DNA of 64,000 nucleotides from Candidatus Gastranaerophilales bacterium (GTDB lineage Bacteria; Cyanobacteriota; Vampirovibrionia; Gastranaerophilales; Gastranaerophilaceae). Shown here in pieces: positions 57,668-64,000 of this stretch. Numbering within the stretch: the first letter of the stretch is position 1; every line of letters starts with the position of its first letter. The position numbers and the translations under genes are program-made. The notes under the pieces were generated by a model. The model saw nothing but the letters and a program-made list of their open reading frames with translations. It made no database searches and was not told where the DNA came from. The stretch spans positions 14,235 to 78,234 of the forward strand of contig CALUWJ010000008.1 in NCBI GenBank assembly GCA_944324455.1, read 5' to 3'.

Positions 57668-57715
57668 GTTAGGTATCCCTTACTAAATTAAAATTTATTG
57701 TAAGGTAAACCTAAC
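57668..57715. promoter_or_regulatory. imperfect 16-nt inverted repeat abutting the mntR-like start codon
   Basis: gttaggtatcccttac (57668-57683) versus the reverse complement of gtaaggtaaacctaac (57700-57715), 13/16 matches. Contains TTAGGT/ACCTAA half-sites. Confidence 0.35.
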
Positions 57716-57899
57716 TAATTGTCAAGAACTTTTCATATTGCTTAATAAAATATCTAGAATTGATTGCAAGAAATATGTGTTTATAATATTATTAAGATGT
57801 TATTAGATTACCTTTTCGGCTATTATTTCCAAATGGCATTTTAGCCAGCCTATTCCATAGAGGTCAGGATTAAACCGAAAAAAGAAAGGACAAGAAACT

Positions 57900-58661
57900 A
57901 TGGCAGTAGCTACTTTAGTAGAATTATTAGATGCAGGTGTACACTTTGGTCACCAAACACAAAAATGGAATCCAAAAATGAAACAATACATTTTTGGTGC
58001 TAAAAACGGTATTTACATTATCGATTTAAGAAAAACTTCAGATTTATTGGATAAAGCTTATGAAGTTGTTAGAAAATTTGCTTCTCAAGGCAAAAATGTT
58101 TTATTTGTTGGCACAAAAAAACAAGCTGTTGACGTAATTGCTCAAGAAGCAACTCGTTGCGGCGGATACTACATCAATCGTCGTTGGTTAGGCGGTATGA
58201 TGACTAACTTTGAAACAATCAGAGGCAGAGTGAACAAATTAAGAGAACTTGAATCATTCCTTGAATCAGGTGCAGCTAATAAACTTCCCAAAAAAGAAAT
58301 TGCACAATTAAACAGACAAGTTGCAAAATTATCTAAAACTTTAGGCGGTATCAAAGAAATGAAAGGCATGCCTGACATTTTAGTTGTAATCGACCAAAAG
58401 AAAGAATTAATTGCAATTAAAGAAGCAAATAAACTTAACATTCCTGTTGTATGTTTAGCAGATACAAATGCTGATACAGATGGTATTGACTACATCATCC
58501 CAGGAAACGATGATGCTTTGCGTTCAATTAAATTAATTGCTTCAAAAATGGCTGATGCAGTTCTTGAAGGAAAAGAATTAAGAGCAAACAACGCTAAAAC
58601 AAACGGCAAAATTGAAAAAATCGAAGCAAAAGATGCAAACGCTCAAACAATTGAAGCATAA
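57900..58661 (+). CDS. rpsB: 30S ribosomal protein S2
   Basis: [19 protein letters not shown] signature. Followed by tsf. Confidence 0.95.
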   Translation: MAVATLVELLDAGVHFGHQTQKWNPKMKQYIFGAKNGIYIIDLRKTSDLLDKAYEVVRKFASQGKNVLFVGTKKQAVDVIAQEATRCGGYYINRRWLGGMMTNFETIRGRVNKLRELESFLESGAANKLPKKEIAQLNRQVAKLSKTLGGIKEMKGMPDILVVIDQKKELIAIKEANKLNIPVVCLADTNADTDGIDYIIPGNDDALRSIKLIASKMADAVLEGKELRANNAKTNGKIEKIEAKDANAQTIEA

Positions 58662-58688
58662 GTAAGATTAGAATTAGGAGAAAAAACT

Positions 58689-59564
58689 ATGGAAATTAAA
58701 GCATCTATGGTAAAAGAATTAAGAGACAAAACAGGCGCCGGTATGATGGACGCTAAAAAAGCTCTTGTTGAAACCAATGGTGATATGGATAAAGCAGTTG
58801 AACTTTTAAGACAAAAAGGTATGGCATCAGCTGACAAAAAAATGGGCAGAATAGCAGCAGAAGGCACAATCGCATCAGCAATCGAAGGAAAAGTTGGTGC
58901 TATGGTTGAAGTTAACTGCGAAACAGACTTCGTTGCTAAAAACGAAGAATTCAAAGAATTTGCTCAAGATATGGCTAAGGCAATAATCGCCATGAATCCA
59001 TCTTCAGTTGAAGAATTCTTAGGCATGACTTGTCCTAAATGCAATAAAAAAATCGAAGATGTTGTTAAAGAAAAAATCGCTAAAATTGGCGAAAAAATCA
59101 CAATCAGAAGATTTGTTAAATATGACGCTGATTGCTGCGTAAATACATACATTCACAATGGCAAAATCGGTGTTTTATTGGAAGCAAAATGCACAACTTG
59201 TGATGAAACTCTAACAAAAGACATCTGTCTGCACATCGCTTCAAATGCTCCTGAATTCATTTCAAGAGACCAAATTCCTGCTTCTGTTATTGAAGAAGAA
59301 AGAAGAATTGAAATGGGTAAGGAAGATTTAGCAAAAAAACCTGAAAACATTAGAGAAAAAATTGTTGAAGGCAGAGTTAATAAATTAATGGCAGAAAGAT
59401 GTTTATTAGAACAACCTTTCGTTAAAAACCCTGACCAAACAATTGCTCAATTAATCGAAGGTAAATGCGAAATTGTTAAATTCGAAAGATACGTTCTTGG
59501 TGAAGGTCTTGAAAAAAGACAAGATGACTTTGCAGCAGAAGTTATGAGCCAAATCAAAGGTTAA
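58689..59564 (+). CDS. tsf: elongation factor Ts
   Basis: VKELRDKTGAGMMDAKKAL UBA-like N-terminus, IGEKITIRRF core. Confidence 0.9.
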   Translation: MEIKASMVKELRDKTGAGMMDAKKALVETNGDMDKAVELLRQKGMASADKKMGRIAAEGTIASAIEGKVGAMVEVNCETDFVAKNEEFKEFAQDMAKAIIAMNPSSVEEFLGMTCPKCNKKIEDVVKEKIAKIGEKITIRRFVKYDADCCVNTYIHNGKIGVLLEAKCTTCDETLTKDICLHIASNAPEFISRDQIPASVIEEERRIEMGKEDLAKKPENIREKIVEGRVNKLMAERCLLEQPFVKNPDQTIAQLIEGKCEIVKFERYVLGEGLEKRQDDFAAEVMSQIKG

Positions 59565-59581
59565 TAATATAAAACAAGAAT

Positions 59582-59613
59582 AAAAATGAGCCTGTATTTC
59601 AGGCTCATTTTTG
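59582..59613 (+). terminator. rho-independent terminator after tsf
   Basis: aaaaatgagcctg-tattt-caggctcattttt. Confidence 0.6.
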
Positions 59614-59628
59614 TATTATAATCAATTT

Positions 59629-60186
59629 ATGGAAATTATTTTAGCAAGCGCTTCACCAAGAAGAAAAGAAATACTTTTAAAAGCAGGATATAGTTTTAAA
59701 ATTATCCCATCAAGATATGATGAAAAAATTTCTAATAAAATATTTTCAACAGGCTTAGTTGAAAATTGCGCAATAAATAAAGCAAAAGAAATTTATGTTA
59801 ATCATAAAAACTCTCTTATAATTGCTTCTGATACAGTTGTTGTAGTTAATAACACAATTTTAGGTAAACCTAAAAACAAAATTGAAGCAATTAATATGCT
59901 ATCAAGTTTATCTAATAAAACACACTTTGTTGCAACATCAATTTGCTTAATTTATAAGGATAAAATTTTATCAGACACCCAAAAAACTTATATTACATTT
60001 AAAAAATTAAATAAAGAAGACATTGAAAATTATATTGATACACAAAAACCCTTTGATAAAGCGGGCAGCTACGGAATTCAAGATAAAGATTTTAATTTTG
60101 CTAATAAAATAGATGGCGACATTGATAACGTTATTGGCTTTCCTATAAAACTTTTTGAAAAATTGCTCAAAAAAATTACAAACTAA
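59629..60186 (+). CDS. maf: Maf-like nucleoside triphosphate pyrophosphatase
   Basis: ILASASPRRKEIL N-terminus. Start set at ATG 59629 because the longer ORF overlaps the tsf terminator. Confidence 0.85.
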   Translation: MEIILASASPRRKEILLKAGYSFKIIPSRYDEKISNKIFSTGLVENCAINKAKEIYVNHKNSLIIASDTVVVVNNTILGKPKNKIEAINMLSSLSNKTHFVATSICLIYKDKILSDTQKTYITFKKLNKEDIENYIDTQKPFDKAGSYGIQDKDFNFANKIDGDIDNVIGFPIKLFEKLLKKITN

Positions 60187-61141
60187 TATTTTGATACAAC
60201 CAACAAGAAACATTATTTTCATTATAACAACACAATGAAGGCTTTTTTATTTTACAAATATCTTTTACATAATTACATCTTGGATGAAATTTACAACCTG
60301 CTATAACATCTGTTATAGGTGAAATCTGCCCTTTAATATTTTCTAATCGTTTACCCCTTTTTGTGGGCAAGGCATTTAAAAGTGCTTTTGTATATGGATG
60401 CATGGGGTTTTTAAAAAGCACTCTTGTATTTGCATTTTCAACAATATCACCCATATACATAATAGAAACAGTGTCACAATAATTTGAAACTATAGATAAA
60501 TCATGCGTAATTAAAATTATTGTTTTACCTTTGTTTTTTAAATCCAAAAGTAAATCTAATATTGAATTAGATACAGAAACATCAAGCGCAGTTGTAGGTT
60601 CATCAGCTAAAATCAACTCTGAATTTTGTACCAAACTCATTGCAATAATAACTCTTTGTTTCATACCTCCCGATAATTCGTGCGGATATGATTTTAAAAC
60701 ATTATCAATATTTTTAATCCTGACTTCATTTAGTGCCCATTTAATTTTTTCAATATTATCTTTAGAATTATCTAAAAAAACCTCAGCCATTTGATTTTCA
60801 ATAGTATATAAGGGATTTAGCGACATAAAAGGATCTTGCGGAATAAGAGAAATTTTATTTCCTCTTATTTTTCTAAATTCCCTATCTTTCAATTCTAAGA
60901 TATTTTGATTATTAAAAAAAATTTTACCTGATTTAATTTGAGAATTTTTGGGTAATAATTTCAAAACAGTATTAATTAAAACAGATTTCCCGCAGCCTGA
61001 TTCACCGGCTAGTGCATGGATTTTATTTCTCTCAAAAGATAAATTGATTGAATTAAGTGCATAAAAAAATTTTTCAATATTATTTATCTCAATATTAAAC
61101 CCGACACTCAAGTCTTTGATTTCTAAAATATTATCTGACAC
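60176..61141 (-). CDS. ABC transporter ATP-binding protein, Opp/Dpp D-type
   Basis: GESGCGKSV Walker A, LSGGMKQRV signature, C-terminal oligopeptide-type extension with CKFHPRC. Confidence 0.8.
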   Translation of the reverse strand: MSDNILEIKDLSVGFNIEINNIEKFFYALNSINLSFERNKIHALAGESGCGKSVLINTVLKLLPKNSQIKSGKIFFNNQNILELKDREFRKIRGNKISLIPQDPFMSLNPLYTIENQMAEVFLDNSKDNIEKIKWALNEVRIKNIDNVLKSYPHELSGGMKQRVIIAMSLVQNSELILADEPTTALDVSVSNSILDLLLDLKNKGKTIILITHDLSIVSNYCDTVSIMYMGDIVENANTRVLFKNPMHPYTKALLNALPTKRGKRLENIKGQISPITDVIAGCKFHPRCNYVKDICKIKKPSLCCYNENNVSCWLYQNISL

Positions 61142-61145
61142 AAAA

Positions 61146-61174
61146 ATAATCCCTATAATTTATATAGGGATTAT
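61146..61174 (-). terminator. hairpin between the DUF2229-like gene and the ABC ATPase gene
   Basis: ataatccctata-atttat-atagggattat; only a short U-tract on the minus strand. Confidence 0.35.
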
Positions 61175-61197
61175 AACATTATAATTAAATTTTAACA

Positions 61198-62349
61198 TTA
61201 TACTTTTGATGTTTCTTTTGTATTTTTATTTGCTTCGATTTTTGCTTTCATTTTCTTTCTTCTCATTAAATCAACAAAAGCTTCAAGTCGAGTAATATAA
61301 CCGGCTCTGCCTGTTTGTTCATCCATAATTAATGATAAAATTGGAAGATTTGTATCTTCTCTCATTTTTGGAAAAATATTTTGACTCATGATTTCAGGCA
61401 TGCAAGTAAAAGGAGAAACATGGATTAATCCATCTACATTTCTTTCTTTTGCATATAATACATCAGACACACATTCAAGAGCATCCCCTCCAATATCACG
61501 CATTAAATAGGGTTTTGCTAATCTATAAGCACGTTCCAGATGAGTTTCACCTTTTTTAAACATTTTAGGAATAATGGCATCCTTTAAAAATGATGAAATA
61601 GTCAATGAACGTCTAACCTGTACACCCATTGCACCAAGCTCTCGCTCCATATTTTGATTAGAGAATTCATCATTTACAATATATATTTCACCTGTTAAAT
61701 CAACATGTAACACATCTTTATTTTTATCGATTTTAACGCTTGATAATTCTTTTAAACCTTGCTTATGTGCTTTTATAAGCTCGCGATATCCGTTTGCATT
61801 TCTAATCAATTTAATAGCGCGATTAAAAGCTTTTTCGCTATCGCCCTTGTTTATTTCTCTTGCTCTATAATATGAAAGAAAGCTTTGGAGTTCGTCAACC
61901 ATAAAAACAGTTCTTGTGGCAAGAAAAATTGCTTTAAATATTTTAAAATAATTTTTCGATCCGCTTAAACGAACCAAATAATCAATCATACCCTTAAACC
62001 CATCATAAAGACTAAGTTCAATATAATTTGCCTTATAACCTAAATCCAATAAGACTTGCTCAATATTTCTCCCGTATTCACCCAATCTGCAAATCCCCGG
62101 AGAAGTAATCATTGAAACATAATCTACTCCACCTTCAATTGCTTCAATAAAATTACCTAAAATTAATTTATAAGGCAAACAAATTGCTTCAGGTGAATTT
62201 TTTGTTCCTAATGAAAGTGTTTTTTTGCTTGTATATGGAGGAATATAAGGTTCAACCCCCATTGTCTTTAAAGCCATTTCCCAAGCTACATAAATATTTC
62301 CCATATGAGGAAAGGCAACTTTAATCTTCTTTTTTTCTAAATTTTTCAT
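61198..62349 (-). CDS. acyl-CoA dehydratase activase-related protein (DUF2229-like)
   Basis: VAFPHMGNIYVAWEMALKTMGVEPYIPP...SPEAICLPYKLILG pattern remembered from that family. Start moved to 62349 because the longer ORF runs into the rplL terminator. Confidence 0.5.
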   Translation of the reverse strand: MKNLEKKKIKVAFPHMGNIYVAWEMALKTMGVEPYIPPYTSKKTLSLGTKNSPEAICLPYKLILGNFIEAIEGGVDYVSMITSPGICRLGEYGRNIEQVLLDLGYKANYIELSLYDGFKGMIDYLVRLSGSKNYFKIFKAIFLATRTVFMVDELQSFLSYYRAREINKGDSEKAFNRAIKLIRNANGYRELIKAHKQGLKELSSVKIDKNKDVLHVDLTGEIYIVNDEFSNQNMERELGAMGVQVRRSLTISSFLKDAIIPKMFKKGETHLERAYRLAKPYLMRDIGGDALECVSDVLYAKERNVDGLIHVSPFTCMPEIMSQNIFPKMREDTNLPILSLIMDEQTGRAGYITRLEAFVDLMRRKKMKAKIEANKNTKETSKV

Positions 62350-62363
62350 AATACTAATTATAT

Positions 62364-62399
62364 AACAAAAAAACCGCATGCAAGAAAACATGCGGTTTT
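62364..62399 (-). terminator. rho-independent terminator after rplL
   Basis: Minus strand: aaaccgcatg-ttttcttg-catgcggttt followed by a U-run. Confidence 0.6.
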
Positions 62400-62416
62400 A
62401 ATATTTATAAAATCAA

Positions 62417-62794
62417 CTATTTGATTTCAACAGTAGCACCAGCTTCTTCTAATTTAGCTTTGATTTCTTTTGCTTCTTCAGCTTTTACGCCTTCTTTAAT
62501 AGCTTTTGGAGCACCATCAACTAAATCTTTAGCTTCTTTTAAGCCTAAACCAGTGATTTCACGAACTAGTTTTAAAACTGGAATTTTGTTAGCGCCAGCT
62601 GAAGCTAAGATAACATTAACTTCAGAAGGAGCATCAGCAGCAGCTTCACCAGCAGCAGCAGGAGCTGCAGCAGCAACTGCAACAGGAGCAGCAGCTGAAA
62701 CGCCGAATTTTTCTTCCATAGCTTTTACTAATTCAGCAGCTTCTAATAATGTTAATTTTTCAATTGATTCTAAAATTGTTTCTACGTTACTCAT
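62417..62794 (-). CDS. rplL: 50S ribosomal protein L7/L12
   Basis: Ala-rich hinge, C-terminal [12 protein letters not shown]...[10 protein letters not shown]. Confidence 0.95.
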   Translation of the reverse strand: MSNVETILESIEKLTLLEAAELVKAMEEKFGVSAAAPVAVAAAAPAAAGEAAADAPSEVNVILASAGANKIPVLKLVREITGLGLKEAKDLVDGAPKAIKEGVKAEEAKEIKAKLEEAGATVEIK

Positions 62795-62831
62795 TTTTAT
62801 TACCTTTCATAGTTAAATATATCTACATAAA

Positions 62832-63353
62832 TTAAGCGGATTTTTGATCTTTAACAGCATTAATAGCTCTAACAAGAGCAGACATAACACCATTTACAGA
62901 ATATACTATGCCGCTGATTGGAGAATTGATAGAACCAAGCATTTTTGCGTATAGTTCTTCTTTTGAAGGCATAGAAGCAAGCTTTTCAGCTTCTTGTTTA
63001 GATAGAACCTTGCCATCTAAAACTGCTCCAAGGATTTCTCCTTTTTTATTTTCTTTAATAAATTTAGCTAAAACTTTTGCAGCTGCAACTTCGTCACCAA
63101 AACCAAAAGCAATTGCAGTTGGTCCTTGCATTAATTCTGAAACACATTCAAAATTAGTATCTTTTGCAGCAACTTTACATAAAGTGTTTTTTGTAACTGT
63201 TAAATCAGAGTCTTGAGCTTGTAAACCACGTCTTAATTCAGTAATTTCTTCAACAGAAAGACCACGATAATCAGCTACAACAGCAACTTTAGCTTTTTCA
63301 AATTGTTTTTTGTAATGTTCAATTTTTTCGTTTTTAAATTGTTTTGTTGCCAT
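62832..63353 (-). CDS. rplJ: 50S ribosomal protein L10
   Basis: 173 aa immediately upstream of rplL. VVADYRGLSVEEITELRR motif. Confidence 0.9.
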   Translation of the reverse strand: MATKQFKNEKIEHYKKQFEKAKVAVVADYRGLSVEEITELRRGLQAQDSDLTVTKNTLCKVAAKDTNFECVSELMQGPTAIAFGFGDEVAAAKVLAKFIKENKKGEILGAVLDGKVLSKQEAEKLASMPSKEELYAKMLGSINSPISGIVYSVNGVMSALVRAINAVKDQKSA

Positions 63354-63530
63354 AATGAAGCTTATTTCTCCTTTCTTTAAGACTTCGCTAAAATTCTCTT
63401 AATAATAAGAAAGTTTTGCGAGTATAGTACGCAAAACAGCTCAAATAAAGAAAAATAAATATTTAACTTCTAAATGAACCTGGATTGGAAATTAAGGACA
63501 AGCCGCCAATCGTCTTTGGTACTAAATAAA
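63354..63530 (-). promoter_or_regulatory. rplJ 5' untranslated leader with hairpins (possible L10-leader type autoregulatory RNA)
   Basis: Hairpin gttttgcg/cgcaaaac (about 63413-63437) and a GC-richer stem gattgg/ccaatc (63483-63511) upstream of rplJ. Identity with the known L10 leader not verified. Confidence 0.25.
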
Positions 63531-63722
63531 TTTTATAATATCAAATATTCATGTCAAGAACAGCTTTACAAAAGTTAATATTTCATAGATAAATAGCAAT
63601 TTTGATTTTTAGATAACTTTTTAGTGCATATAATTATTAATGTACATAAAAATTAATAATTATGCGTTTAATCTTTAATTTTTAAAGAAAGCATGTTAAT
63701 ATATCTACTCCGGTGAAAGTTT

Positions 63723-64000
63723 ATGCAAAGTATTAAAGAAAAAGTAGAAAAAGACATAAATTTAAGACAGTATTCGGATCTTATAAACAAGATTGCCAAA
63801 GTTGAATATAAATCAATGGGAAATCAACATTTAATAGAGTTTGACGAATTAATAAATATCGGCTTACAAACTATTAATATCTTATGTTCACAAAAAGATT
63901 TTAATTTATATAATGAATCATATCTTTCAACTGCCATCAAATGGGCAATAAGAAATGAATTAAGAAACCGTTACAGATGGTATGGAGTACGCCAACAAAA
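63723..64000 (+). CDS. sigma-70 family factor (group 3/FliA-like), 5' partial, runs off the window
   Basis: My translation from ATG 63723 is open to the end. FDELINIGLQTI...YLSTAIKWAIRNELRNR resembles sigma region 2. Confidence 0.6.
   Translation, partial: MQSIKEKVEKDINLRQYSDLINKIAKVEYKSMGNQHLIEFDELINIGLQTINILCSQKDFNLYNESYLSTAIKWAIRNELRNRYRWYGVRQQ

Noticed and set aside
57820-57899. An rpsB leader pseudoknot-type regulatory RNA upstream of S2.
   Set aside because: I could find only a 7-bp long-range pairing (ttttcgg/ccgaaaa) and a weak ggct/agcc stem. That is not enough to claim the known S2 leader or any defined structure.
62421-63216. Plus-strand ORFs 62421-62816 and 62908-63216, opposite rplL and rplJ.
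   Set aside because: They are antisense to highly conserved ribosomal protein genes. The Ala/Ser-rich translation is a mirror of the GCN-rich L7/L12 coding strand.
63630-63663. A/T-only palindromes as regulatory sites: 12-bp arms at 63630-63641/63652-63663, ttttttgaattcaaaaaa at 56224-56241, and tataattata in the bioD-bioB spacer at about 1803-1812.
   Set aside because: In DNA this AT-rich, short A/T palindromes are expected by chance. None has positional or motif support comparable to the repeats reported as features.
1-64000. Mobile elements, prophage, genomic-island boundaries, and tRNA/rRNA genes.
   Set aside because: I found no transposase, integrase, phage structural or recombinase motifs in any long ORF. 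There are no tRNA-like GC-rich blocks (no GGTTCGAATCC-type T-arm seen) and no flanking direct repeats. The accessory-looking genes at 0-14 kb sit between ordinary housekeeping genes without recognisable junctions.

Overview
This is an AT-rich chromosomal segment (about 30% G+C by eye) from a diderm bacterium. The primary sigma factor ends in [16 protein letters not shown], a cyanobacterial-type tail. Together with PBS-lyase-type HEAT repeats and the low GC, this makes me suspect a non-photosynthetic Vampirovibrionia/Melainabacteria-like gut lineage. That placement is inference only.

Most of the window is tightly packed housekeeping DNA:
- bioD/bioB
- lysC-tilS-hpt
- a long minus-strand string: dnaG-rpoD-gmk-coaBC-NIF3-aroC-aroK-aroB
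- queC, obg, rpsB-tsf, maf, rplJ-rplL

The accessory or unusual content is:
1. Two tandem paralogous genes at 6.8-10.5 kb. Each fuses a type IV prepilin signal to about 7-11 furin/VSP-like cysteine repeats and a lectin-fold (DUF1566/FISUMP-like) module. One paralog contains a GC-rich, atypical-codon patch. A unique GC-rich structured element of about 170 nt lies between the genes. A degenerate S24/XRE regulator lies next door.
2. A divergently arranged two-partner secretion pair (TpsA/TpsB) at 39.7-45.4 kb.
3. A stripped-down pilus/secretion operon at 47.6-54.3 kb (GspC/PilP-like, secretin, PilB-like ATPase, PilC). The ATPase carries a tandem MshEN-type candidate c-di-GMP-binding motif.
4. A NeuB-like synthase / KdsC-like phosphatase pair next to an orphan FliO-like gene.
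5. An aminotransferase-GNAT fusion.
6. An MntR-like repressor translationally coupled to an orphan membrane protein.
7. A set of orphan proteins that share an I-x-F-(G/K) signature near the N-terminus.

I recognised no rRNA, tRNA, CRISPR array, transposase or integrase. All functional calls come from motif-level reading of the supplied translations. No database search was run.
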